Source: an uncultured delta proteobacterium (GTDB lineage: Bacteria > Desulfobacterota > Binatia > Binatales > Binataceae). From it: DNA of 64,000 nucleotides. Where the stretch lies: positions 2,048,001 to 2,112,000 of the forward strand of contig CAVXXK010000001.1 of NCBI GenBank assembly GCA_963765675.1, written 5' to 3'. Positions 29,713 through 40,263 of this stretch are shown here, one piece after another; the first letter of the stretch is position 1; every line of letters starts with the position of its first letter. The position numbers and the translations under genes are program-made. The notes under the pieces were generated by a model. That model did no database searches and was not told the DNA's origin. It was given only the letters and a program-made list of their open reading frames with translations.

Positions 29713-32140
29713 TCAGGCGTTCGGGATGGTCGGTAGTCCACCGACGATGAAGGTTTTTCTGACCAGCGTCGACGAGTCAAAGAACAGAAACGGCGTCGGC
29801 ATCACGTCGGTGGAGCGCGGAGTTATCGCCATCCCGGGAAAATTCGGCAGCCCGTCGGTCTGATCGATCAGGTTGATTCTGACCGGGGCCGTCGTTGCTA
29901 GCTTGAGCGTCAAATCGAAGCCACCGTCGGGCACGCCCCAAAACCAGGCTGAGTAACCGTTACTCGCGCCGGCGCTCGGCGATTTTCCGTCGATCGACGA
30001 AGCCAACACCTCCACTCCGTGCGCGATTGTGATCCACACGATCGGCGCGCCGCGCGCCGACGCGATATGCATCGTCATCGTGCGAACTCCAGCCGTGGTT
30101 GAGTCGTCGAGCACGCGAAGTTCAGGCGCGGCGATCTCAGCCGCCGGTGCATCGCCCTCGATCGTCGCGCCGCCGTTGAGCTTGCAGAAGCGTCCCGCAT
30201 CGACCGCGAGTTTGTGCGCGGCCCCGTCGGCGTCTTGCGGCGGCGATGCGATCTCTCCCGTCACGAGCGCGAGCGATCCTGCTCGAACATGACTCTGGAA
30301 GAACTGCGCGGTGAAGCGGTCGGGCGCACGATCGAGGCTCGCCCAAGTCGCGTGGCCGGAGTTCGCGTCGAGGATGTAAAAGATGCTGTCGGGACGCGGC
30401 TGCGTGTCGCTGAAGCGGCTCTCGCGCATCCCGATCGCGAACAGCGCAATTCCGGCCACTGCCAGCACAGCGGCGAGCACGGCTTCATGATTCCCGGTCA
30501 GGAGATCGATGTAAGGAATAAAGATTCCGAACATCAGCACGGTGAGAATCGCGCTTACCCAAAACATCATCGGGGTTGCATCGCCGGTCGAGACGAAGAT
30601 CGGCGCGAGCATGACCGCGCAGGGGATGACCGCGACTATGGTCGCCAATATCGCCGGAATCGGATCACGCGATTGCCGTCTGGTCCATCTGAGATTGAGT
30701 GCGAGCGCCGCGAATAGCAGCGGCCACGTCAGCAGATAACTGCCGCCCGGGAGCGCGGCCGCGCATCCGAGCGCCAGAAGGGCCAAGATCGCGAGCGCAG
30801 CGGCGGCAAGATTCGCGCGCGAGATACGGCGAGCCAGCCACCAGTAAATCGCGCAAAGAGTCGCGAAGACGAAGGCGATTGATGCGGCGACGAAAAATGC
30901 GCCGCCATAGCTGGTCCCGATTGGGAGCATCTCGCGCGAAACGAAATGGGTGAAGATGGTCAAGACGATGCGGCTCTCGACCAAGGACAGCACGATCGCC
31001 GCCGCATAGATCCCGAAGCCTGCACAGATTCCGCCGACGCTGAACGATCCGCGCCTGATGCCGGCGATAAGCGAGATCAGCAAAATCACGGAGACAAGAA
31101 TCGCGAGCGGCATCGCCATCGACGCTGGATAGTGGAAGAACTCGCCGAACGCGGAGAAATAAATCGCGTTGCCCGCGTGAGGCTGGCTCAAATCGGCGGC
31201 GCCGAACTCGCGCGCGAGCGATAGCGCGTAGCTTCCCTGATGCTGCATCGAGCGCGGATCGAGATTCGCGATATTGTCGAGCCGCGTGTGATAGCGCGTC
31301 AGCCCTCGCGTCGCGGCGAAGTTCATCCCGGCCATCCCGGCGCGCAGAAAAACCGTGAGATCGGTGTCGTTCGGCATCCTTCGATACGCTGTCGGCGCGA
31401 GCGAGCTTGCGCGTGGGAACGGAGCCGCGGAGAGCGCCTGAATCAACCACGCATTGTCGTCGCTGGTCTGAAACATCGCGACCGGACCGTAGTCGCCGCG
31501 CATCTCGAAGTTGAGCGCGACTTTCACGTCGTGCAGAGCAGGATAGTTCTCGACGAACGCCTTCGCGCCGAGCATCCCGAGCTCTTCGCCGTCAGTGAAG
31601 AGCACGATCAAATCGTTGCGCAGGGGAGGACCGGCTTTTGAGCGCGCGGACGGTCTCCAGAATCGCCGCGACCGCCGCCGAGTCGTCGCCCGCACCGGGT
31701 CCGCTCGGGACTGAATCGTAGTGCGCCACGAGCATGATCGCGCCGGTGCTGGCGCTGCCCGGAATGCGTGCGACGATATTGTTGACGCTCGCGAAAGTTC
31801 GCAGTCCCGACGGGTTCGTGCGCGCTACGGTTGCGGTTTGAATCTCTGGCGCAACGCCAAGCTCGGCGAGGCGCTTCATCAGGTAGCCGCGCACGCGTGC
31901 ATTCTCCGCCGAGGCGAGCGGATGCGGCCGCGCGGCAATCTCGCGCAGATCGGGCATCGCGCGCGCCGCCGAAAAATCCATCGCGGGAGCGCCCGCGCCG
32001 ACGACGGCCGGTGGCCCGCTCTTCTGGATCGCCGCGATTGCCAGGATGATCGCCAGGATCAGGACAATCGGACCACTCGAATATGCGGGGTCGGGGATGG
32101 AAGCGGAGGAGGGACCGGAAGTCGCGGATGTCTCAGCCAT
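29713..32140 (-). CDS. Membrane M28 metallopeptidase (ERMP1-like), one apparent +1 frameshift at about 31636-31639
   Basis: AHYDSV..GPGAGDD in one frame; FTDGEELGMLGA, NFEMRG, PNDTD, YHT in the next; an extra base in an A4 run joins them. Confidence 0.85.
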
Positions 32141-32258
32141 TGTCGCGCGTTTTACCTGCCGCGGGGCCGCGACCGCAAGCACTCCCCGAGCCCCGCTTTG
32201 CCCGCAGCGTCTGCGCCGATATCATCGTGCGCGAGGGGCGTGTCCTTCCGCCTCGACC

Positions 32259-33365
32259 ATGAACGACCTCGAAGCTAAGACCGCTCCGGCGCTCGCGCGT
32301 CCTCCGCGGCGGATATTAATCGTCCTGCACGGCGCGATCGGCGACGTGGTGCGCGCGCTGCCGCTTTTGGGCCGGATACGCCGCGGATGGCCGGATGCGT
32401 TTATCGCGTGGGCGGTTGAACCGAAATCGGCGCCGATTCTCGAGCGTCATCCGTGGCTCGACGAAATTATTCTCTACGATCGGCGGCGCGCGCCGTGGTC
32501 GTTCGTCCCGTTCCTGCGCGAAGTCCGCGGCGGACATTTCGATTTGGTCGTCGATCTCCAGCGGCATCTGAAGAGTGGCCTCACCTCTATCGTTTCGGGT
32601 GCGCCCGATCGAATCGGCTTTGGTCCCGCCAACACCAAGGAACTTAACCATCGCTTTTCCACGATCCAGATTGCGCCGCAACCGAATCTGCGTCGAAAGC
32701 TCCTGCAGTACCAGGCATTTGGCGACCGGCTGGGATTGCCGCCCGCGCCGATCGAGTTCGGACTCGAAGCGTCGGTCGAAGAAAAATCGCGTGTGCACGA
32801 ATTGCTTGCCGGCGCGCCGCGTCCGCTCCTCGGCGTGATTTTGGGTTCGTCGTGGCCGAGCCGGATCTATTTTCCCGAGTCGGTCGCCGCCGCAATCAAA
32901 GAGCTGGCCCGGCCTTCCGACAGCGCGCCCGCGATGTATCCTGTTCTGCTCGGCAGTCCGGACGAAACTGAAATTGCCGCCGCGGTGATGCGCAATCTCG
33001 GCGATGTCCCCGCGCTCAACCTGGCCGGACGAACGCAGTTGCGCGACCTGATCGCGATCTTCCCGGAATGCGCCGCCGCGTTTGGTCCGGACTCGGGACC
33101 GATGCATATCGCTGCTGCCGTGGGATGTCCCATCGTGTCGCTGTGGGGCGCAACTGCGCCCGAGCGTTCCGCGCCTTGGGGTTATGCCCGGTTCGCAATT
33201 ACCGGCGCGATCCCGTGTCATCCGTGTTATCTGCGCGAGTGTCCGATCGGCCGCGAATGCATGCGGCGGATCGCGCCAGGCGACGTCGCGGCGGCAGTCC
33301 GTCGAGCGATTGGCGCCGCGCCATCTGAATCGGTCGATGCGATCACGAGCGAGGCGCTGCGATGA
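32259..33365 (+). CDS. LPS heptosyltransferase-like (GT9)
   Basis: AIGDVV, DLQ, LAGRTQL, DSGPMHIAAAVG, C.PC...C...C motif. Confidence 0.9.
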   Translation: MNDLEAKTAPALARPPRRILIVLHGAIGDVVRALPLLGRIRRGWPDAFIAWAVEPKSAPILERHPWLDEIILYDRRRAPWSFVPFLREVRGGHFDLVVDLQRHLKSGLTSIVSGAPDRIGFGPANTKELNHRFSTIQIAPQPNLRRKLLQYQAFGDRLGLPPAPIEFGLEASVEEKSRVHELLAGAPRPLLGVILGSSWPSRIYFPESVAAAIKELARPSDSAPAMYPVLLGSPDETEIAAAVMRNLGDVPALNLAGRTQLRDLIAIFPECAAAFGPDSGPMHIAAAVGCPIVSLWGATAPERSAPWGYARFAITGAIPCHPCYLRECPIGRECMRRIAPGDVAAAVRRAIGAAPSESVDAITSEALR

Positions 33366-34205
33366 GCGGCGACTTTATCGAGCGCGCCGGATGGCGGCTT
33401 CGTCTCGCGGGCGAAGACGTGATCGAGGCGGCTCTCCGCGACCCGATAGTCGCAGCGGCGCTGAACGCGGCGTCGGGAAATGGGGCGCGACTGCAGCGCC
33501 GCTCGCGGCGCGGGTCAACCTACCGTATGCGTGTAGGCGGCCCGTCAGGGGAGGCATTTTTTGTAAAGATAATCGACGCGCCGCGAGGTTTCGGGAAATT
33601 CAAGCGATGGTTTTCGGGATCGCGCGCGGCGCATATCCAGGCGATTTCGGACGCGATTTGCCGCGCGGGTCTGAACGCGCCGGCGGTCGTGTTGTGGGGC
33701 CGCGAACGCTCGAGCGGCCGCGAGCTGGTGATGACGCGGCGCGCGCCGGGAGTGCTGGCGACACGATACCTGCGCGGCGCGCCCGAGGCGGGCTTCGTGC
33801 GCAAACGCGTTCTGCTCCGCGCGCTCGGCGCGGAAATCGCCCGTCATTCACGCCGCCGGTTTCATCCACGGCGACCTGACGCCTTTCAACATCATCGCGG
33901 ACGAATCGCCGCGGATCTCTTTTATCGATCATGAACGCACGCGCAGAGTATGGTTCTGGCGTATCGCGGCGCGCGCGCGCCGGAGAAACCTGGTTCAGCT
34001 CGGCAGATTTGCGTTTTCGGGACTGACCCGCAGCGACAGGATGCGCTTGTGGTCAAGCTATGCCGCGGCGTCGGCGCCTGCGCTCGGACGCGAGGAGCTG
34101 CGCCGCGTGCTCAAGATGCTCGACGCGCGAATCGCTCGCGACGGCGCGCCGGAAATTTTTCACGCGCCGCAAATTCCGGCGGCCGGCGGAGTGCGGGAGG
34201 CCTGA
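33362..34205 (+). CDS. LPS kinase (Kdo/WaaP/InaA family), apparent +1 frameshift at about 33845
   Basis: FFVK before the shift; HAAGFIHGDLTPFNII, FIDHE, RNLVQL after it; ends TGA 34203-34205 coupled to the next ATG. Confidence 0.8.
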
Positions 34206-34909
34206 TGGAAAAGAAGATCGATCAGACCGCGAAAATTTCCGTCGTCATCCCGGTCTTCAACGAAGTGGCGACGATCGGCACGATAATCGATCGCGCACTC
34301 AATTGCGGCTTCGACGCCGAGGTGATCGTCGTCGATGACGGATCGTCCGACGGCACCGCCGAGTTCCTGCGGAAGTTCGAGCATCCGAAGGTCCGATGCT
34401 TTTTTCATTCGCACAACAAGGGCAAAGGCGCGGCGCTGCGGCTGGGATTCGCGGCCGCGGCGAATCCTTACGTCTTCGTGCAGGACGCCGATCTCGAATA
34501 TGATCCCAACGACTACCGGCTGATGATTGGTCCGCTGCTCGACGGCCGCGCCGACATGGTATATGGCTCGCGCTTTCTCGGCGGACCGCATCGCGTGCTG
34601 TTCTACTGGCATTACCTTGGCAATCGGATGCTGACGCTCGCGTCGAATATCATCAGCGATCTCAACCTGAGCGACATGGAGACCGGGCAGAAGGCGTTCG
34701 TGCGCGACAAGCTGATGCAACTGAAATTGTCGGCCGACCGGTTCAACTTCGAGCCGGAAATCACCGCCAAGGCGGCGCGCGCCAGGTGGCGAATCTACGA
34801 GGTTCCGATCTCCTACTCGGGCCGTACCTACGACGAAGGCAAGAAGATCGGGTGGCGCGACGCGATCGCCGCGCTCGGCGCGATTTTCTACTACCGGTTC
34901 TTCGATTGA
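34205..34909 (+). CDS. GT2 polyprenol-phosphate glycosyltransferase (DPM1/ArnC-like)
   Basis: VVIPVFNE, VDDGSSDGT, NKGKGAA, QDADLEYDP, GSRF, FEPEITAK, EGKKIGWRD. Confidence 0.92.
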   Translation: MEKKIDQTAKISVVIPVFNEVATIGTIIDRALNCGFDAEVIVVDDGSSDGTAEFLRKFEHPKVRCFFHSHNKGKGAALRLGFAAAANPYVFVQDADLEYDPNDYRLMIGPLLDGRADMVYGSRFLGGPHRVLFYWHYLGNRMLTLASNIISDLNLSDMETGQKAFVRDKLMQLKLSADRFNFEPEITAKAARARWRIYEVPISYSGRTYDEGKKIGWRDAIAALGAIFYYRFFD

Positions 34910-34915
34910 GCAGAG

Positions 34916-36073
34916 ATGCCGCAAGCCTCATCTGAACCGCCGCATCTCGAATCGAATGCGCCGCTGCGCGTGGCCGGCGTCGATCCGGAGCGTGGCTTCG
35001 CCGGCGGAGAAACACAGGTGCTGGGTCTGACGCTCGAACTCCTGCGAATGGGTCATCGCGCCGAACTGATCTGCGATCCGGCGGGACGGCTCTACGAGCG
35101 CGCGCGGCGTGAGGGCGTCATCTGCCATTCGCTCAAGATTCACAACTCGGTTGATCTGCCCGCGGCGATCCGGTTTCGCGCGATCCTGCGCCACGCGCGC
35201 TACGATGTAGTGCATTTTCATACCGCACGGGCGCACGCGATGGCGCCGTATGCGCGCGGATTCGCGCGCGCCCTGGTCGTCACGCGCAGGATGGACTATC
35301 GGCCGAATCGGCTGTTCGCGCCGCTGCTTTACGGCCGTGCGGTGGACGGTATCGCGGCGATTTCACACGGCGTCGCGGATTCGCTCGCGCTCGCTGGAGT
35401 CCCGCCCGAGCGCATCACAATTATCCCAAGCGGTGTCGACTGCGAACATTTTCATTTCGCCGATCCGGCCGCGCGCACGGCGGCGCGTGCCGAGCTGGAA
35501 ATGGCGCCTGATGCGATGGTGCTGGGGACAGTCGGGATGCTCGAGGCGCGCAAGGGCCATCGCCATCTGCTCGAAGCGCTCGCGCGCATAGTGCGCGGAG
35601 GGGAGGGCGCTAACATGATCTGCTTGATTGCAGGTGATGGCAGCCTGCGCGCCGAGTTGCAGCGCGACGCCGAGTTGCTCGGAATCGCGCGGCAGGTGCG
35701 CTTTCTGGGGCGCGTCGATGACGTTCGCACTGTGCTGGCCGCAACCGATATCTTTGTGTTCCCTTCGATGCGCGAGGGGTTGGGTGTCGCGGTCCTGGAA
35801 GCGGCGGCGAGCGGACTGGCCATCGTGGCAAGCGATACAGGAGGAATTGGCGACGTGATCGAGAGCGGGGTCAACGGAATATTGGTGAAGCCGGGCGACA
35901 GCGAGGCGCTTGCGGGCGCGATCGAGCGGATGGCGGCGGCACCGAGTGAGCGCGCCGCGATGGGACAAGCCGCACGCACTCGTGCGGAGCGGGATTTTGC
36001 GATGACCACGATGGCGGCGCGGACGGTTGAACTCTACCGTTCCTGCCTTGCCGCGATCGGAAGGAAGAACTGA
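34916..36073 (+). CDS. Glycosyltransferase family 4
   Basis: GGETQ, RKGH, EGLGVAVLEA. Confidence 0.92.
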   Translation: MPQASSEPPHLESNAPLRVAGVDPERGFAGGETQVLGLTLELLRMGHRAELICDPAGRLYERARREGVICHSLKIHNSVDLPAAIRFRAILRHARYDVVHFHTARAHAMAPYARGFARALVVTRRMDYRPNRLFAPLLYGRAVDGIAAISHGVADSLALAGVPPERITIIPSGVDCEHFHFADPAARTAARAELEMAPDAMVLGTVGMLEARKGHRHLLEALARIVRGGEGANMICLIAGDGSLRAELQRDAELLGIARQVRFLGRVDDVRTVLAATDIFVFPSMREGLGVAVLEAAASGLAIVASDTGGIGDVIESGVNGILVKPGDSEALAGAIERMAAAPSERAAMGQAARTRAERDFAMTTMAARTVELYRSCLAAIGRKN

Positions 36074-36078
36074 GCACG

Positions 36079-36954
36079 ATGCGGAGCATGACCGGATTTG
36101 GACGAGCGGTGGTCGAGCGCGCGGGCGTACGCGTGGTGGCGGAAATTCGATCCCTCAATCAACGTTTTTTCGAGCTGAAGCTCAATTTGCCGCGCGGATG
36201 GGGCGAATACGAGGCCGACATCCGCAAGACTATCCAGGCGTCGGTCGCGCGCGGCCGGGTCGAGTTATTTATCAAGTACACCGCGCTCAAGCCGCCGCCG
36301 GCGCGGCTCGAAGTCAATGAGAAACTCGCCAATCAGTACGTCGCCGAGCTGCGCCGGATGGGCAAGCGGCTGCATCTCAAGGGAGAACCCGGAATCGAGG
36401 CGATACTGAACCGCCCCGAGATCTTCCACGTCGTCGAAGAAGAAAACGACACGCGCCAGGCGGTCAAGCTCGCGACCACCGCGCTTAAGGGCGCGCTCAA
36501 GGCGCTTGACGCTGAACGCGTGCGCGAGGGTATCAGCACGCGACGAGATTTCGGCGAACGGATCAAACGGATTCACGCGGCGCTGCCGCGGATCGAGCAG
36601 CTGGCGGAAGAGACGCGCGCCGAAATTATGAAAACTTTCGAGGCGCGGATTCGCGAACTGCTCGCGGCGCTGCCGGTGAACGAGAAGCGTCTCTACGAAG
36701 AGGCCTCGATTGCGTCGCAGCACGGCGATATCAGCGAGGAAATCGCGCGGCTGAAAACCCATCTCGAAGGCCTGGAAGCGCTGCTCGATCGCAAGGGGCC
36801 GGTTGGGAAATCGATCGAGTTCCTGCTGCAGGAAATCAATCGGGAGGTGAACACGATGGGCTCGAAGTCGCAAAATGCGGCGCTGTCGCAGGTAACGGTC
36901 GAGGTGAAGGCAGAAGCGGAAAAGATGCGCGAGCAGGTGCAAAACATCGAATGA
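36079..36954 (+). CDS. yicC: YicC/YloC endoribonuclease
   Basis: MRSMTGFG, DISEEIARL, QEINREVNTMGSK, REQVQNIE. Confidence 0.95.
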   Translation: MRSMTGFGRAVVERAGVRVVAEIRSLNQRFFELKLNLPRGWGEYEADIRKTIQASVARGRVELFIKYTALKPPPARLEVNEKLANQYVAELRRMGKRLHLKGEPGIEAILNRPEIFHVVEEENDTRQAVKLATTALKGALKALDAERVREGISTRRDFGERIKRIHAALPRIEQLAEETRAEIMKTFEARIRELLAALPVNEKRLYEEASIASQHGDISEEIARLKTHLEGLEALLDRKGPVGKSIEFLLQEINREVNTMGSKSQNAALSQVTVEVKAEAEKMREQVQNIE

Positions 36955-36998
36955 GCGTAGTATAAAACATTATTTGCAATCGGCCGGACGCTCTTATA

Positions 36999-37631
36999 GT
37001 GTCAAACTCGATACACCTTCCGCCTCCCAGACGCGGTATAATATTTATACTTTCCGCTCCGTCTGGGGCGGGTAAGACCACGCTCTATCGCGCGGCCCTG
37101 AAAGGAATCGCGGGACTGGAATTCTCGGTCTCGCTGACCACGCGGCCCGCCCGCGGAGCAGAGGTTCAGGGGATCGATTATCATTTTGTGAGCGAAGAGG
37201 AATTCATCGCCAGGCGCGACGCCGGCGGACTCGCCGAATGGGCGCGCGTGTTTGACGCTTCGTACGGAACCCCGCGCGCGCCGCTGGAAAATGCGGTCAG
37301 TGAGGGCCGCGACATCCTGCTTGATATCGACATCCAGGGCGCGCTCCAGATTCGCAAGAAGTATCCGGACGACGCGGTCGCGATCTTCGTTCTGCCGCCC
37401 AGCTTCGCCGAGCTTGAAGGACGCCTGCGCGGACGCGGGACCGAAACCGAAGACTCGATCCAGCGGCGGCTCAAACGCGCGCGCGAGGAAGCTCGCGAAT
37501 GGCCTTCGTACGATTTTCTGATCATCAACAACGAAATCAACCGTTCGGTTGGCGAGCTGTCCGCGATCGTCAACGCTGAACGCTTGAGAGCCTGTCGCCT
37601 GCGCGAGGGGTTCGCGCCGTGGAAGAGCTAG
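36999..37631 (+). CDS. gmk: Guanylate kinase
   Basis: SAPSGAGKTT, TTRPAR, DYHF, YGT, DIDIQGA; exact start uncertain. Confidence 0.95.
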   Translation: MSNSIHLPPPRRGIIFILSAPSGAGKTTLYRAALKGIAGLEFSVSLTTRPARGAEVQGIDYHFVSEEEFIARRDAGGLAEWARVFDASYGTPRAPLENAVSEGRDILLDIDIQGALQIRKKYPDDAVAIFVLPPSFAELEGRLRGRGTETEDSIQRRLKRAREEAREWPSYDFLIINNEINRSVGELSAIVNAERLRACRLREGFAPWKS

Positions 37632-39859
37632 CGCAAGCTGCCGCCACCGCGCCCGACGAACTCGCCCCGCTCATCGCGCGGGTGCAATCCTACAACTCCG
37701 CCGCCGACCTCCAACTGATCCGCCGCGCGTACGACTTCTCGGCGCGGATGCATGCGGAGCAGAAGCGCGTTTCGGGCGAGCCGTACGTCACGCATCCGCT
37801 GAATGTCGCGATGATCGCGGCCGAGCTGAAGCTCGATGTCGCGTCGATCGTCGCGGCGCTGCTGCACGACGTGGTCGAAGACACCGCGACGCCGCTCGAC
37901 GAGGTGCGCGCGCTCTTTGGCGACGAGGTCGCGCAACTGGTCGACGGGCTCACGAAAGTTTCCAAGATCACCTTCCAGAGCCGCGCGGAGAAGCAGGCCG
38001 AGAACTTCCGCAAAATGATCATCGCGATGTCGCATGACATCCGGGTGGTCCTGATCAAGCTGGCCGACCGGCTGCATAATATGCGCACGCTCGAATCGCT
38101 GAGCGCGGAACGGCAGCTCGAAATCTCGCGTGAGACGATCGAGATCTACGCGCCAATCGCGCATCGCCTCGGCATCTACTGGCTCAAGTCCGAGCTCGAA
38201 GACCATGCGTTCCGCTACCTGAACCCGTCGTCGTACTCGACGCTTAAGGCGTTCGTCGCCAAGACCCGCAAGGAGCGCGAGGAATATATCCGCGACGTGA
38301 TCGCGATTCTGTCGCGGCGGCTCGAGGAGTCGGGCGTCAAGGCGGAGGTCACCGGCCGCCCGAAACATTTTTTTTCGATTCACTCCAAGATGCAGGAGCT
38401 CGCGCTGTCGTTCGATCAGATCTATGACCTGGTCGCTTTCCGGATCATCGTGGCGTCGGTGCGCGAGTGCTACGAGGCGCTAGGAGTGGTGCACGCGAAC
38501 TGGAAGCCGGTGCCGGGCCGCTTCAAGGATTATATCGCGCTGCCGAAAGCCAATATGTATCAGTCGCTGCATTCGACGCTGATCGGTCCGCGCGGGCAGC
38601 GGATGGAAGTGCAGATTCGCACGCGCGAGATGCATGCGGTGGCGGAGGAAGGAATCGCCGCGCATTGGAGCTACAAGGAAGGCGTGCGCGCCAAGGAGAT
38701 CAAGGAGACTGAACGGTTCGCGTGGCTGCGGCGGCTTATCGAATGGCAGCAGAACCTGAAAGACCCGCAGGAATTTCTCTCGACGGTCAAGGACGACCTT
38801 TTTCCCGAAGAGGTTTTCGTCTTCACGCCAAAGGGTGACGTGCTGGATTTTCCTCAAGGCGCGACCGTGATCGATTTCGCATACCGCATCCATTCGCAGG
38901 TCGGAACGCATCTGTCGGGGGCGCGAGTCAACGGACGGATGGTTCCGCTGCGCTACAAGATGCGCTCGGGCGACACGATTGAGGTAATCACGTCAGAGCG
39001 GCAGACCCCCGGAAAAGACTGGGCGAACTTCTGCGTCACCGCGCGCGCCAAGTCGCGCATCCGGCAATGGCTGCGCGCGCAGCAGTCCGAGCGCTCGCGC
39101 GAGATGGGCATTCAACTGCTCGATCGCGAGCTTGAGGGAATTCATCTGAGCGTCGCGCAACTGCGCGGCGCCAAGCGGCTCGAGCCGATGCTCAAGGAAT
39201 TTTCGCAGCGCGATATCGATGGATTGCTTGCGGCGATCGGCTACGGGATAGTCACGCCGGGCCAGTTGCTCAACAAGGTACTCACCCCCGACGAGCTGAA
39301 GCTCTATCGCGACGGCAAGGTCGCGCCGACAGCGCCCGTTCCGCCCGCAACCACGCGCGAGCGCGCCGAGAAAGCCGCGCGCAAGGCGGCGAGCGGAGCC
39401 GTCGTGGTGTCGGGTATCGGCGACGTTCTGGTGCGGTTCGCGCGATGCTGCAATCCGCTGCCGGGCGAGGCGATAACCGGCTTCATCACGCGCGGACGCG
39501 GGGTCACGGTTCACGTCGCCTCGTGCCAGCACGCGCTCTCGACCGATCCGCAGCGCCGCGTGCCGGTAGTATGGAAGGACGGCGAGGAATCGCCGCGGCC
39601 GACGCGACTCGAAGTGCTGTGCGTCGATCAGCCGGGGCTGCTGGCCGCGATGACGAAGACGATCGCGTCGGCGGGCGTGAACATCTCGACCGCGGAAGTT
39701 AAGACTCGCGGCTCGGACGGACGCGCGCTTTCGATCTTCGAGGTTAGCGTGTCGAGCGCCCGGCAACTGAACCTGCTGATGAACGCGATCGGCGCGATCG
39801 ACGGCGTGATGCGGGTCTCGCGGATCGGGTACCACAACGCGACTCGCGACGAGACATGA
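37619..39859 (+). CDS. spoT: Bifunctional (p)ppGpp synthetase/hydrolase Rel/SpoT
   Basis: HD domain LHDVVED, KLADRLHN, GRFKDYI, YQSLH, TGS and ACT domains. Confidence 0.95.
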   Translation: MEELAQAAATAPDELAPLIARVQSYNSAADLQLIRRAYDFSARMHAEQKRVSGEPYVTHPLNVAMIAAELKLDVASIVAALLHDVVEDTATPLDEVRALFGDEVAQLVDGLTKVSKITFQSRAEKQAENFRKMIIAMSHDIRVVLIKLADRLHNMRTLESLSAERQLEISRETIEIYAPIAHRLGIYWLKSELEDHAFRYLNPSSYSTLKAFVAKTRKEREEYIRDVIAILSRRLEESGVKAEVTGRPKHFFSIHSKMQELALSFDQIYDLVAFRIIVASVRECYEALGVVHANWKPVPGRFKDYIALPKANMYQSLHSTLIGPRGQRMEVQIRTREMHAVAEEGIAAHWSYKEGVRAKEIKETERFAWLRRLIEWQQNLKDPQEFLSTVKDDLFPEEVFVFTPKGDVLDFPQGATVIDFAYRIHSQVGTHLSGARVNGRMVPLRYKMRSGDTIEVITSERQTPGKDWANFCVTARAKSRIRQWLRAQQSERSREMGIQLLDRELEGIHLSVAQLRGAKRLEPMLKEFSQRDIDGLLAAIGYGIVTPGQLLNKVLTPDELKLYRDGKVAPTAPVPPATTRERAEKAARKAASGAVVVSGIGDVLVRFARCCNPLPGEAITGFITRGRGVTVHVASCQHALSTDPQRRVPVVWKDGEESPRPTRLEVLCVDQPGLLAAMTKTIASAGVNISTAEVKTRGSDGRALSIFEVSVSSARQLNLLMNAIGAIDGVMRVSRIGYHNATRDET

Positions 39860-40263
39860 AGCGGGCGATCGAAACCAAAAGTGCGCCGGCCGCGATCGGA
39901 CCTTACTCGCAGGCGGTCGTTGTGGGCTCGATGGTCTTTTGTTCGGGGCAGATCGGACTTGATCCCCACACTGGCGCGATCGTTTCAGGCGGAATCGAGG
40001 CCGAGACGCGGCGCGTGCTCACCAATATTCGCGAGGTCCTGACCGCCGCGAAACTGGAATTCGCGGACGTGGTCAAGACTACGATTTTTCTCGCCGACCT
40101 TGGCGATTTCGATTTGGTCAACCGCATCTATGGCGAACACTTCGAGCCGCCGTTTCCCGCCCGTTCGACGGTTCAGGCTGCGGCACTCCCGCGGGGCGCG
40201 AGAATCGAAATCGAAGTTATCGCGATGAAGCGGCCGCGCCCCAGCACGTCGCGGCGCCGCTAG
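39856..40263 (+). CDS. ridA: RidA enamine deaminase
   Basis: APAAIGPYSQA, SGQIG, PARS, IEIE. Confidence 0.93.
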   Translation: MKRAIETKSAPAAIGPYSQAVVVGSMVFCSGQIGLDPHTGAIVSGGIEAETRRVLTNIREVLTAAKLEFADVVKTTIFLADLGDFDLVNRIYGEHFEPPFPARSTVQAAALPRGARIEIEVIAMKRPRPSTSRRR

